From: a virus
DNA length: 64,000 nt
Direction: 5' to 3' (one strand)
Virus record (IMG/VR): IMGVR_UViG_3300044701_003563
Within the stretch, counting starts at the first letter, position 1, and each line of letters starts with the position of its first letter. Made by a program: the position numbers and the translations under genes. Of this stretch, positions 46,442 through 56,962 are shown piece by piece. Under the pieces are notes generated by a model, which saw only the letters and a list, made by a program, of their open reading frames with translations, did no database searches and was not told the DNA's origin.

Positions 46442-47862
46442 GGGGGTGCCTGTTTGGCACCAGATGGTTCGGTTATCCGACCTAAGAAGGGGTCGAAATT
46501 AGTAATCGCATCTAAAGTCATTTGAGCCCCATTTTGAGACCAGAAATTTAACAATCCATTATGAGAGTTTCTATGAAAGATATCAATGTGTTCTGGATGG
46601 ATTGATGATCCTAATTCAATTTTATATAAAAATAGTGGACATGCATAGGTACAACCAGAATTATAAATTAAATCATCAGCAACTGGTCTCGGTTTGACAC
46701 CATTATCAAGTTTATATTTTTCACCTCTGACATGATATTTCAATAGTTTTTCGGCATGATGTCGAGTAATTGCATAACAAGCCGTGGAAAAATCATTTAC
46801 AAATCTAGTGTGAATGGGAACATGAATATCTCCTGTGCAAATAATTGCCAATTGAATTACATCCCAGCAATAAGGAACTCTTGAGATAAAATCTTTCCAA
46901 GTAAAATTCCAAAACTTTGCTATGTCAATATTACAATCATCTTCCATAATAATTGCATATGGACTATCAGAATTTTCATACCAATATTTGATTGCTTTGA
47001 GGTGGGAAGTAACGCATCCAATTTCACCAGAGGTCATTCCTTCAGGGTATCTACCAGAAAGAATATCACTCAAATCATCCTCTCTCCCATCATAAGCAGA
47101 AATTCGGGTGTAGTCAGTCAACTCCCAATGCTTGAATTGCTTTTCCATATAATTCCATCTTTCTGGCTGTCCATCCAGATTGATACAATAAATTGGACCA
47201 AAATTGTTTAACTTATAAACAGACTTATTTTTATCCATTAGATGCGAATCGTCGTCTTTATCATACTTATATCCTTCAACATTATACATTATCAATTCAG
47301 TCATTGCAATTTTACCACCAGATTCACCTACTGAAGAAATATATTTAAAATCTTCGGCGTTATCATTTATGAATTTGATTTCATTTTTGCTTACAAATTC
47401 TTTACTTACAAAGAAAGAAATTCCAACATTATTTTGAATAATTTGATTCATTCCTGGTGGAGGTATGATTTTCATTCCATGCCTATCATATCTCATCCTA
47501 AAGATACAAGCATCTATTTCAACTTCACTTGTTATTTTTTCTACACTTTCAACATATTCTTTTTGAAGTGTGTCATCGTCATCTACAAATCCAATCCATT
47601 TTCTATTATTTTCAATACTTGAAATAATAGAATTTCTAACAAGTCCAGCATTTCCATGATGACCAGAATTTCCCATCTTATCTTTAAAATAGATGTAATG
47701 TATTCTGTCATCATCAATGAGTATATTTTTATCTACCTGATCTTCAGATAATCCATCAAAACCAACCCAACATTCCCAATCAGGATTCGTTTGATTAATA
47801 ATAGACTCTAGAGTAAATTTTAAAGTTTCTCTACCAATACTTGGAATTACAAAATTAATCAT
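46438..47862 (-). CDS. GT2-like + GT25 glycosyltransferase fusion
   Basis: VIPSIGR..FVDDDD; YCINLD...ER...GEIGC..SH...MEDD. Confidence 0.82.
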   Translation of the reverse strand: MINFVIPSIGRETLKFTLESIINQTNPDWECWVGFDGLSEDQVDKNILIDDDRIHYIYFKDKMGNSGHHGNAGLVRNSIISSIENNRKWIGFVDDDDTLQKEYVESVEKITSEVEIDACIFRMRYDRHGMKIIPPPGMNQIIQNNVGISFFVSKEFVSKNEIKFINDNAEDFKYISSVGESGGKIAMTELIMYNVEGYKYDKDDDSHLMDKNKSVYKLNNFGPIYCINLDGQPERWNYMEKQFKHWELTDYTRISAYDGREDDLSDILSGRYPEGMTSGEIGCVTSHLKAIKYWYENSDSPYAIIMEDDCNIDIAKFWNFTWKDFISRVPYCWDVIQLAIICTGDIHVPIHTRFVNDFSTACYAITRHHAEKLLKYHVRGEKYKLDNGVKPRPVADDLIYNSGCTYACPLFLYKIELGSSIHPEHIDIFHRNSHNGLLNFWSQNGAQMTLDAITNFDPFLGRITEPSGAKQAPP

Positions 47863-47876
47863 TTAAATTTCCTCCT

Positions 47877-48500
47877 TCAAAATCCCACATTATAAGTAAC
47901 ATAATTAGATACCTTTATAGATGCACCAGATTCTTTTAAGTTCATTAAGAATTTATAATCTTCTCTAGAATCATTTACAAACTTAATTCCAGTTTTTTTA
48001 AGAAAACTCTTCCTAACACAAAATGATATTCCAACTTTATCTTGTATTAGATTATTTTCACCTAAAGGAGGTAAGATTTTCTCTCCACCTGGATCAAATC
48101 TCATCCTAAAAACATAACAATCTACAGGAGATTCGGAATTATTAATTTCCAAAAACAGACTGTCAACATAATAAGGTGTAACCGTATCATCATCATCTAG
48201 AAAAGCAACCCATTCATTTTGAGTATTTAAATGATTCATTATTTCATTTCTAACTAATCCAGCGTTCCCCATTCCCCATTCACCAACACACCCAATTTTT
48301 TGTTCAATAAAAATATATTTAATTTTTTTATCATTTATTAAATTATCTTTATTGATATTTTTTTGTGGTATTCCATCAAATCCAACAAACGCATTCCATT
48401 CTTGCTCTCCCTTATAGAAAAGATAATTTTGATCCAATAAAGATTTTAAAGATCTTATCAATGTTGGTCTAGCAACAGAAGGTATTACAAAATCAATCAT
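47877..48500 (-). CDS. GT2-like glycosyltransferase
   Basis: VIPS..R.TL..FLDDDD; paralog of the N-terminal half of 46438..47862. Confidence 0.78.
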   Translation of the reverse strand: MIDFVIPSVARPTLIRSLKSLLDQNYLFYKGEQEWNAFVGFDGIPQKNINKDNLINDKKIKYIFIEQKIGCVGEWGMGNAGLVRNEIMNHLNTQNEWVAFLDDDDTVTPYYVDSLFLEINNSESPVDCYVFRMRFDPGGEKILPPLGENNLIQDKVGISFCVRKSFLKKTGIKFVNDSREDYKFLMNLKESGASIKVSNYVTYNVGF

Positions 48501-49204
48501 AATTCAACTCCATATTTATTTTTACAATATATAGATTCCTTAGAAAAATCCTTTGGCGCATTATTTGAGATAGAGCAATCATTTGGAAATCTATTTGTAA
48601 CTAGGATATCGTCTAAAAATATAGGATCTCCATAATCAAATCTCATTCCATAGAAAAAATCAATGTCCATAAAGTGAACAAGATTTTCATCAAATCTATT
48701 TTTAACTTCTTTTTTGAAGGTTAAAACAGATGGGGAACTTAAAGTGTTGGTCCCATCTAATAATTTATCATTGAATCTTGGATATAAATCCCAATAAAAT
48801 GAGTTTCCATGATCAGCAGTGTGATTGCATCCATTCAATAACCAAACCTTATCACTATTATACAACGCATTATAAATCTTTTCAAGTGCCTCATCATCAT
48901 AAAAGAAATCGTCCTGGAACATGACTTTTATCACATCCCCAGAACACATTTCAATTGCTTTGTTAGTATTTGCTGGACCATTTCCATGATCATTTTTATT
49001 TCGTTGATAACGAATTAGAAGTCTGTCTTTAAATTCTTCAACTTTATTAAGCACTTCATCATCTTTACTATGGTCAGAAATACAAACTTCATAGGAATGA
49101 TGACCTTTTTGAATTTCAATGGTTCTCAATAAATCATCAAGAAATTCTGAACCTCTACCATAAGATTCCCAAGTTGGGATTGCTATAGAAATGTTAGTCA
49201 TCAA
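48497..49204 (-). CDS. GT2 glycosyltransferase
   Basis: ISIAIPT, ISDHS, NTN.AI, FQDD, SSPS. Confidence 0.85.
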   Translation of the reverse strand: MMTNISIAIPTWESYGRGSEFLDDLLRTIEIQKGHHSYEVCISDHSKDDEVLNKVEEFKDRLLIRYQRNKNDHGNGPANTNKAIEMCSGDVIKVMFQDDFFYDDEALEKIYNALYNSDKVWLLNGCNHTADHGNSFYWDLYPRFNDKLLDGTNTLSSPSVLTFKKEVKNRFDENLVHFMDIDFFYGMRFDYGDPIFLDDILVTNRFPNDCSISNNAPKDFSKESIYCKNKYGVEL

Positions 49205-49956
49205 ATACCGTCATATAATTTTACAGGTTGTGAAATATAGTTTTCCCACCATTCTAACAATTCATCTTTACTCCACGATCCCCTCTCTCTCCAATGGCTA
49301 CAAGTATAATCGGGATAAATGGATAGATCCATTATTCTTTTTCCATTTCTCATTTTTTTAACGAATTGCTCAAAGCTCCTATATTGATAATGTTTAATGC
49401 CTATTATATTGTCTAAGACTTTCCCAGGATGACTCAAAACATCATGATTTCCTGCGGTTATTTTTGCCTGAGGACATCTGGTAAAAGCTACTGCAGGGAA
49501 TGAATCGGAATTTTGTTTCGCATAGATCATAGATTCAAATGGATTATCAGATTCTGGATCATTTTTTGTTGGAACAAAATCAGTAACATATGCTTTAAAT
49601 ACGTAATCACCATCGTATTCCTTTAACAATTGTCCTAAAGTTTTTCCTTCAATTTTAGAATACCATTTTTCATCCGAGTCTACCGCAACAATAATATCTG
49701 CTCCCATATCATAACACTGTGGGATCCACCTATTCATTTTTTGATCTTGTGCGTATGCAAATTCTTTATCATCAATTACTGTCATATTTCCATATTTTTC
49801 AGACAATTCCAATAATATTTTTTTTGTATTATCTGTAGACAAATTATTTGCAATAAAAAAATGATCTATATCTTGAGTTTGTAGCCATTCAATATTGTGA
49901 CCTATAATATCTTCTTCATCTTTAGTAATCATAACCACAAATACTTTCTTATTCAT
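49201..49956 (-). CDS. GT2-like glycosyltransferase
   Basis: KDEEDII, N.STD.T, VDSDE, GNH, HYQYRSFEQF. Confidence 0.8.
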   Translation of the reverse strand: MNKKVFVVMITKDEEDIIGHNIEWLQTQDIDHFFIANNLSTDNTKKILLELSEKYGNMTVIDDKEFAYAQDQKMNRWIPQCYDMGADIIVAVDSDEKWYSKIEGKTLGQLLKEYDGDYVFKAYVTDFVPTKNDPESDNPFESMIYAKQNSDSFPAVAFTRCPQAKITAGNHDVLSHPGKVLDNIIGIKHYQYRSFEQFVKKMRNGKRIMDLSIYPDYTCSHWRERGSWSKDELLEWWENYISQPVKLYDGI

Positions 49957-49965
49957 TTTAATTCC

Positions 49966-50730
49966 TCACTGCAATGTGTTCTTTTGATTATCATACATTT
50001 GTTTTTCCCAATCTGTCATTTTATCTCTGACATCATTCCTATTTAACATTTGAGGTCCAAAAATCCTTCCTTGAAAAAATTCTTCATCCTTTTGCAAAAA
50101 AGGAGCATCTATAAAAAATCCCCTATTATCAGAATGACTGGCTCTTTGCCATGCTATATGAGGTCTTATAATATAACAATTAATTTCATTCTGAATTTTT
50201 GCAATAGCTTCATCTGCGGTCGTTCCATGTAAAGACTCTATTATTTTATCATAGATATTTTCTCTTATTGCATATGCATGTAAAGTGAGGCAATGAGTGA
50301 CTCTAAAAATATTTTTTTTAACTTTTGATAAAGTCCCAATAGACCATGGATTATTTCCTATATGATTGCCACCCAAATAAAGCATATCCCAATCACTAGG
50401 AAGTTGTTTCATAATTTCAGATAATTTTTCATTCAAATCATCCGAAAATTGAATATCATCTTCAAGAATTAAAGCATTTTTAAGATTTTTAGATTTTATT
50501 TTTTTAATTAATTCCCTATGAGACATTAAACAACCAATTTGACTTGCGTTTAAATTAAGAATAGATTCATTGGGAAAATCATTCCCATTAAAGGCATTAA
50601 ATCTATTAACATTTATATTATGCTTTTTAAATTCTTTTTGACATTCTTCCCATCTATCAGTTCTCTTATTTAAATTAATACAGTATATTTCGTCAAAATA
50701 ATCATTTAAAGTTTTCATATTACTATCCAT
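49966..50730 (-). CDS. GT25 glycosyltransferase
   Basis: YCINL.KR.DR, GC..SH, LILEDD, WDMLYLG. Confidence 0.85.
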   Translation of the reverse strand: MDSNMKTLNDYFDEIYCINLNKRTDRWEECQKEFKKHNINVNRFNAFNGNDFPNESILNLNASQIGCLMSHRELIKKIKSKNLKNALILEDDIQFSDDLNEKLSEIMKQLPSDWDMLYLGGNHIGNNPWSIGTLSKVKKNIFRVTHCLTLHAYAIRENIYDKIIESLHGTTADEAIAKIQNEINCYIIRPHIAWQRASHSDNRGFFIDAPFLQKDEEFFQGRIFGPQMLNRNDVRDKMTDWEKQMYDNQKNTLQ

Positions 50731-51521
50731 TTTTCTAAAATTCTATCTTCAATTTTCCATCCAGATAAAGCTGGACCAAACCATTTTTGGGGAGCAACTA
50801 CTTTTTTACTTTTTGATAACCAAGCTCCCCACCAACTAAAAGAACTGTTTGCAATAATATGATAATCACAACATGTCATTAAACATAAATCAAAATCTAC
50901 AGTATTTTCTTGAGAAATGATAAATCTATCTCCATCAAAAAAACTTTGATCTTCGCACCATTTTTCATCATCCGTGAAAATAATCACTGGACATTCTTCA
51001 GGAAATAATAAAAGTGCTTTTTTATAATATTCTATCGAACAAATTGGATGATGATCTGGAAAATCTGAGTAATCACTTCTGCGAATGTGTAAAGATATTA
51101 CATCTTGTCCAGGATAAAATTCAGCAAGAAATCTATTTGCATCTATCAAAAGATTTTCATCAAATACAAAATCCTTTCGGATTTCATCTTCAATATGATT
51201 AAAATATTTTTCAGATTGAAAATATCCATCAATATCTACATTGTCAGGACATGTTTCAAATAAATCTTTATCAAAATTTATTGTAGATTCCTTTAATTTT
51301 ACATTATTTGTTATATCAATAATATTATTTTTTTGTAGATCAAATACATCGTAAATATCACAATTAGCATTAAGAACTTTAGGATCTTTAGTTCCAAAAA
51401 AATCTTTTGGTGGGATGCAAAAAGAATACCCATGTTTTTTTGCTATGCCCTTTAACGAAGCATATTGAAACATTTGATTCCCAAGTCTTCCACAGTTTCC
51501 AATATTATTAAATGATATCAT
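50715..51521 (-). CDS. GT11 alpha-1,2-fucosyltransferase-like
   Basis: GRLGNQMFQYA, GYFQSEKYF, HIRR.DY, NSSFSWWGAWL. Confidence 0.9.
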   Translation of the reverse strand: MISFNNIGNCGRLGNQMFQYASLKGIAKKHGYSFCIPPKDFFGTKDPKVLNANCDIYDVFDLQKNNIIDITNNVKLKESTINFDKDLFETCPDNVDIDGYFQSEKYFNHIEDEIRKDFVFDENLLIDANRFLAEFYPGQDVISLHIRRSDYSDFPDHHPICSIEYYKKALLLFPEECPVIIFTDDEKWCEDQSFFDGDRFIISQENTVDFDLCLMTCCDYHIIANSSFSWWGAWLSKSKKVVAPQKWFGPALSGWKIEDRILEKWIVI

Positions 51522-52335
51522 TTTTTAAAAAATAGTTTAAATAAATAAAATCTTCGCCAATAGGATATGTTTTTTGTACTTCAAAATTATCTCTAATTGC
51601 CTTCATTTTACTATAATATATATCCTCAGAAACTTCAAATTCATCATTCAAAAATATTATACCATCGGTATTAAAATAATCTCCGATATTAGGTGCTCCT
51701 TTATAAACTGGTATAGTTCCAGTAGCAAAACAGTCTAATATTTTTTCAGTAAAGTATCCATCATAAAATCCATTTTCAATACAAACAGAAAACATATAAT
51801 CACATAATCCTTCTTCTTTGAAGTCAATTTGATTAAATCCCCTTCCATACAAATCAACCTGATCTCCTATTTTTTCAACCCATTGAAGTCTTTCAAGATG
51901 TCCATATGTCATAGATTTATTTGAAGCAATCATGGAAATCATTTTAGATTTTTTATAAATTTTTGGCGATTGTATCCATGTTGATGCAGCTGGGCAGAAT
52001 TTAAATCTTTCATCAATATCAAGTAAATCTTTACTATTAGTAAAAATTAAATCAAAAATTTCAAAATATTTTAAATAATGATTTTTAACATTTTCATATA
52101 TTGAATTAGAAACAAATTTTGATTCCAAAAGCCAACCATACTTTTTTTTATTATCTTTATGTTTAAATGCCAATGGAATAAATCCATCAATGTAAAAACT
52201 TATATTGGATGAATTATCAAAAACCCATTCAATATATTTTGATTCTTTTCCATGAGTAGAGTATCCTTTATTTCCTCCCGTATTATGAGTAAAAGAATCT
52301 CCATATAAATTGCATTTTATCATATTAATATCCAA
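51508..52335 (-). CDS. GT10-like (fucosyltransferase-like) protein
   Basis: YMFS.CIEN....YFTEKI.DCF..GTIPVY.G. Confidence 0.75.
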   Translation of the reverse strand: MDINMIKCNLYGDSFTHNTGGNKGYSTHGKESKYIEWVFDNSSNISFYIDGFIPLAFKHKDNKKKYGWLLESKFVSNSIYENVKNHYLKYFEIFDLIFTNSKDLLDIDERFKFCPAASTWIQSPKIYKKSKMISMIASNKSMTYGHLERLQWVEKIGDQVDLYGRGFNQIDFKEEGLCDYMFSVCIENGFYDGYFTEKILDCFATGTIPVYKGAPNIGDYFNTDGIIFLNDEFEVSEDIYYSKMKAIRDNFEVQKTYPIGEDFIYLNYFLKNDII

Positions 52336-53117
52336 TGTTTTAAATATAAATCTTTTGTATCATGATCCTTACAATCACCAGCAAACCAATTTTTAGGTGC
52401 TATAACATTTACACTATCTGCCAACCAAGCTCCCCACCAACTAAACGTGCTATTACAAATAATGTGATGAGTGCATTGAGAAAGTAGATAAAGATCCATA
52501 TAGGCATCTCCAATTTCAGAAACAGAAAATCTATCTCCATCAAATATTTTTTGTTCCATACACCACTCTGGATCATCGGAAAAAACATATACAGGAAGAT
52601 CATTATCAAACTCTGACAATGCCTTCTCATAGTATGAGTTTGGTTGCACAGGATGATTTGGATTTTTTAAGAAATCATTTCGTCTTATGTGTATTCCAAT
52701 ACAATCACTATTATGCATTTCCGATACAATTGGCTCACATTCATTTTGAATTTCTCTTTTAAATTGAAAATCTTTATTTCTCAATTCGCCTTCAATATGC
52801 TTAAAATACTTTTCACTTTGAAAATATCCAACATAATTAACATCATGTTCTGGTGGATTTTCAAATAAATCCTCATCAAAATGAAAAAACCTTTCAGTAA
52901 CAGATGGGAACTCTGTCATTGATCGGTCACAATCAATAATAAATGCATCATCAATGTTGCTGAAAAGATCTTGATAATAATACTTACCAAAGACATGATG
53001 AGGTGGAATGTAAAATCGTCTATTGTGTTTTATAGACATTGATTTTGCAAATGCATATTGAAACATTTGATTCCCCAAATGCCCATTGTTACCTAGATGA
53101 TTAATAGAAAAAGACAT
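52320..53117 (-). CDS. GT11 alpha-1,2-fucosyltransferase-like
   Basis: GHLGNQMFQYA, HIRR.D, NSTFSWWGAWL. Confidence 0.9.
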   Translation of the reverse strand: MSFSINHLGNNGHLGNQMFQYAFAKSMSIKHNRRFYIPPHHVFGKYYYQDLFSNIDDAFIIDCDRSMTEFPSVTERFFHFDEDLFENPPEHDVNYVGYFQSEKYFKHIEGELRNKDFQFKREIQNECEPIVSEMHNSDCIGIHIRRNDFLKNPNHPVQPNSYYEKALSEFDNDLPVYVFSDDPEWCMEQKIFDGDRFSVSEIGDAYMDLYLLSQCTHHIICNSTFSWWGAWLADSVNVIAPKNWFAGDCKDHDTKDLYLKHWILI

Positions 53118-53131
53118 TTTTATTATAAAAG

Positions 53132-53869
53132 TTAAATTTCATATATTTCCCAGCCCTCAAAAAAGTTTTTTGAGAGATTTATTTTATTATAATTATAGAT
53201 TACTTTTTTAGATTCTTCATTGCATAAAAATTTTCCAAGAATGCTAAACAAATGACCTATTCCATAAAATTCTTTTGCGTTCTTAATTATATTAACATAA
53301 GAAAATAGGGGCAAATTAATAACTTGTTGAGCAATTTCATAATATTCATCAGATTCCTTATAATGATTATAATTTGGATTTAAAATTAATCTATCATTTG
53401 GTATTATTTTTTTCAATTCATGAATATGATTAGTGCCAGATGACTTTGCATTTACAAAAATATATTCAAATTCTTTTACTCTATTATAAACAGTATCATC
53501 TATAACTTCATCATCTATATTAAAATGAGTGCTAGAAACTTTTACTGGTATGTTTATTTGTTCATAAAAAATATCTGGCAATTTATATTTTCCCAAATCA
53601 TCATTATTTTTATAAATTCCACACTTATAAACTTCTTTTTCTTCTTTAAAGTTATCTATGAAGTAATTTATAGCGTAAATCGAATCTTCAATTTCAATTA
53701 TAGAAAGATTATCAACATCATGATATAACTTTAATGTATTTTCAAAATATTCGGATTTTGAAAATACATATACGTTTTCATATTTTTTACACAAATATCT
53801 TATTGCTGGACTTATACAAAATACATCACCTAGTCCCAAATGATGAGCAACTATAAGGTTTTTAGTCAT
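53132..53869 (-). CDS. Hypothetical protein, possibly GT-B/GT9-like
   Basis: N-terminal HLGLGD motif; sugar-island context. Confidence 0.5.
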   Translation of the reverse strand: MTKNLIVAHHLGLGDVFCISPAIRYLCKKYENVYVFSKSEYFENTLKLYHDVDNLSIIEIEDSIYAINYFIDNFKEEKEVYKCGIYKNNDDLGKYKLPDIFYEQINIPVKVSSTHFNIDDEVIDDTVYNRVKEFEYIFVNAKSSGTNHIHELKKIIPNDRLILNPNYNHYKESDEYYEIAQQVINLPLFSYVNIIKNAKEFYGIGHLFSILGKFLCNEESKKVIYNYNKINLSKNFFEGWEIYEI

Positions 53870-55025
53870 TTAAATTATCAAGAATTGATTTTAACATATT
53901 CATTTCACGATTTCCCACAAAATGATTATTCCCCAAGTATAATCCAAAATCATGGATATTGTCAACCCAATTATCTTTATTATTATCAATAGAATAGTGC
54001 TTTAAGTAGGGTTGCTTTAAAAGATTTCCTCCTATAATTGGTCTGTATTCTATTCCATTTTTAACACACAATTTTTCAAAATTCTCTTTTGTATTTTTAT
54101 TATAAAAAACTAAAGGAAAGCAAAAACTACTTATTCCGTCTGGAACAAATGGGACATGAACTTTATGGCAATATTGGGAGAGTATTTTAACAAATTTTTT
54201 ATAGTTATTATTTCTTTTTTCGATCATTCTATCTAATCTTTTCAATTGGGATAAACCCAATACTGCAGCCAATTCATGATTTCTAAAATTATATCCATCA
54301 GTTACGAAAAGAAATTCTTTATTTAATTCATTATAAGTTTCATAATAGACTTCTTTTTCATCAGATTCTCTTGCAAGACCATGACTTCTTTTAAGTCTCA
54401 TCATATCATAGATTCTCCAATCGTTGGTGCAAATCATGCCACCTTCAATAGTGGACATGTGGTGTCCAAAATAAAAACTAAAAGTAGCACCAAGACTATC
54501 TGAACCTACCTTTGATCCATTAAAATTTTTAGCTCCATGAGATTCACAAACATCATCCAAAAATAAAGCATTCGGAAAAATTTCTCGATATCGTTCTACA
54601 GGAGAAGGAAATCCCATCAAATGAGTAGTAAACACTAATTTGATGTCTGGGTGCTTTTCAGCAATATACCTCAAATTATCTTCATTAAACGTAAACGAAT
54701 TAATGTCAACATCACAAAAAATTGGTTGAAATCCCAATTGAAATACTGGATTAATATTAGTAACCCAAGTGCAAGCGGGAACAACTACCTTATCACCATT
54801 CTTTAATCCAAATACTTCTTTGACTGCAGCAAGGAGCAAATAATTAGCAGTGCTTCCAGAAGACACATATAGAGCATATTCACTTCCTACCCATGCTGCC
54901 CATTCATCTTCAAATTCTCTGACTTTAGATCCATTAGTAAATTTTCTAGAAGTCAAACAGAACTTTGCCATTCTAACCCTATCCTCAAGGGTCATATTAT
55001 CTTTCATTAAAGGCCAGAAACTCAT
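53862..55025 (-). CDS. DegT-family PLP enzyme, ColD-type GDP-4-keto-6-deoxymannose 3-dehydratase
   Basis: SSGSTAN, DVCESHGA; FSFYFGHHMSTIEGG has His where aminotransferases have the catalytic Lys. Confidence 0.8.
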   Translation of the reverse strand: MSFWPLMKDNMTLEDRVRMAKFCLTSRKFTNGSKVREFEDEWAAWVGSEYALYVSSGSTANYLLLAAVKEVFGLKNGDKVVVPACTWVTNINPVFQLGFQPIFCDVDINSFTFNEDNLRYIAEKHPDIKLVFTTHLMGFPSPVERYREIFPNALFLDDVCESHGAKNFNGSKVGSDSLGATFSFYFGHHMSTIEGGMICTNDWRIYDMMRLKRSHGLARESDEKEVYYETYNELNKEFLFVTDGYNFRNHELAAVLGLSQLKRLDRMIEKRNNNYKKFVKILSQYCHKVHVPFVPDGISSFCFPLVFYNKNTKENFEKLCVKNGIEYRPIIGGNLLKQPYLKHYSIDNNKDNWVDNIHDFGLYLGNNHFVGNREMNMLKSILDNLND

Positions 55026-55026
55026 A

Positions 55027-55899
55027 CTATCTCCTTAATTTTAAATCTTTAATAATAGTTACAATATCATGATCATTTAAACTTGATTTTGCATAATGGT
55101 ATATTGGACCTTTACAAAAATGAACGCACTTTCCACCAAGAACTGCATTTTTACTATTTAATTGAGCAACTAAATTAGTATCTAAAAGATGAATAGGAAC
55201 TTCTGAACAAATGAGAGAAAGAACTAAAGTTCCTGTTGATTGAGTTACTTGACCTATACATTTTTCTCTATCTTTTATCAAATACACAAAATCAACCAAT
55301 TTATCTACATATTTGCATTGATGTTTCTCACAAAATTTTTCTGTTCCAAATCCAACAACAAATATATTTGAAGTGACTTCTTCTTTTATTTTCTCAATTA
55401 TTTTATCATAAAAATCTATATAATTGGTAAAGTTTTTTTGATCTGAATGATCTCTTGTCCTCAATCCAATAACAACATATTTTTCGGGTTTTTTAATACT
55501 CACATTTGAAAAATCAAACCCATTAAATATTTCATCATAATCTTCTTCGTAATAAACATATTTTCCACTAGAATCTACAAAAGTTTCTTCATATAGAAAA
55601 GAAAAATAATTTCCCGAAGTTTTTGAAGATGTCCAATCATCAACAATATCTTCAAAAGTTACTACTTTTTGAAATTGATCGTAAGAAATAACATTTTCAA
55701 AAAATTTAGAATAAAAGAATATTCTATCATCAGTTGTAACAGCTACGCAATTACTTAGATTTTCCGTTTTTAATAATCTAATAAAGTCTATTCTACTTCC
55801 AACAACTTCCCACCCCAATTCAAAATAAGTAGACAAGTCTCCACTATCATTTCCAGAAACACCTTTTTTCAAGGATTTCCCCAAAATAATATACTTCAT
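55027..55899 (-). CDS. Hypothetical protein (sugar island)
   Basis: Long ORF within the operon. Confidence 0.65.
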   Translation of the reverse strand: MKYIILGKSLKKGVSGNDSGDLSTYFELGWEVVGSRIDFIRLLKTENLSNCVAVTTDDRIFFYSKFFENVISYDQFQKVVTFEDIVDDWTSSKTSGNYFSFLYEETFVDSSGKYVYYEEDYDEIFNGFDFSNVSIKKPEKYVVIGLRTRDHSDQKNFTNYIDFYDKIIEKIKEEVTSNIFVVGFGTEKFCEKHQCKYVDKLVDFVYLIKDREKCIGQVTQSTGTLVLSLICSEVPIHLLDTNLVAQLNSKNAVLGGKCVHFCKGPIYHYAKSSLNDHDIVTIIKDLKLRR

Positions 55900-56579
55900 T
55901 GATTTACTTTTTCATTAACATAAATTAATCGATCATTAAAACTCCAACTTTTATATAAATTATTAAATTCTGAAACTTTTTTTTCATTTACTTCAATATC
56001 ACATTGATCAAGTCTAAAAAAAGCATTATTATAATAATAAAAATCTAAATTATATCCAAGATCCTTTACAAGGCTTTTTCTAACTTCCCATTCATATCCA
56101 CATTCAATACAAAATATTTTTGGAAGATACTTCTTAGATATTCTTTTCATGTATCTCAAAATGTCATCTTCATATCCTTCAATATCAAGAATTAAAATAT
56201 CAAAGTTAATTCCCAATTTATCTTGTATGCTATCGTATGTAATACATTGGACTTCAATTTCTTTTTTTGAATCGGCAAAAGACCTTTGATCTGGATTTAA
56301 TTCAACATCAGATAAACAACTCCAACCATCAAGTTGCTCAAATACATAAAATTTAGATTTTCCATTGAAAGTAGATAGAGCAGATTCAATTAAATTTGTA
56401 GTCAAATCATCTTTAATTTTTTTTGCAAGCTTTGGTATTGGTTCCATTAACCAGCAATTTTTATTTTTAATCCAATCTGCAGTTTCAATATAAATCGTAT
56501 CATTAGCTCCACATTCCAATGATGAAAATTCTTTTGGCAGAATATATGCTTCTTCTATAACTTTTGATATAAGTTTCAT
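55896..56579 (-). CDS. FkbM-family methyltransferase
   Basis: LECGAND, LMEP, DILILDIEGYE. Confidence 0.8.
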   Translation of the reverse strand: MKLISKVIEEAYILPKEFSSLECGANDTIYIETADWIKNKNCWLMEPIPKLAKKIKDDLTTNLIESALSTFNGKSKFYVFEQLDGWSCLSDVELNPDQRSFADSKKEIEVQCITYDSIQDKLGINFDILILDIEGYEDDILRYMKRISKKYLPKIFCIECGYEWEVRKSLVKDLGYNLDFYYYNNAFFRLDQCDIEVNEKKVSEFNNLYKSWSFNDRLIYVNEKVNQ

Positions 56580-56586
56580 TTTTTAT

Positions 56587-56895
56587 TTAATATGTTTTAT
56601 GTTTTCTTTGAATAAACTTACCAGAATCTAAATCTTTCCCAGAGACTGCATCAGAAACAATTTCAACAATCTTTTCATCAACTTCATCGATTAATTGATT
56701 ACGTTGAACATTAAGATCGCAAGCTCGTTTTAAACATTCCCAAAGTTTTTGAGCACCTTCTTCCGTATCAAAATATTTTGCTTTATACTCTTCAAAAGTC
56801 ATTCTACGAATTTCATAAAGCAACTCTTGATTATTCCACATTTTTAGATCAGCTGTGGTCAGTTTATCAATTAAAGATCCAAGTGTATCAGCCAT
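56587..56895 (-). CDS. Small helical protein, possibly DUF4254-like
   Basis: TLGSLIDKL...K.W..Q; LN.QRN.LI.E.D. Confidence 0.55.
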   Translation of the reverse strand: MADTLGSLIDKLTTADLKMWNNQELLYEIRRMTFEEYKAKYFDTEEGAQKLWECLKRACDLNVQRNQLIDEVDEKIVEIVSDAVSGKDLDSGKFIQRKHKTY

Positions 56896-56962
56896 AAAAT
56901 TTAAATACTAGCAAGAAAATATTATACTATAATTTATTTAAAAACACAAGTTGTTGAATTTT

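Noticed and set aside
44850-46502. 550-aa plus-strand ORF antisense to the porin
   Set aside because: Shadow frame of a strongly codon-biased gene; no motifs and no RBS.
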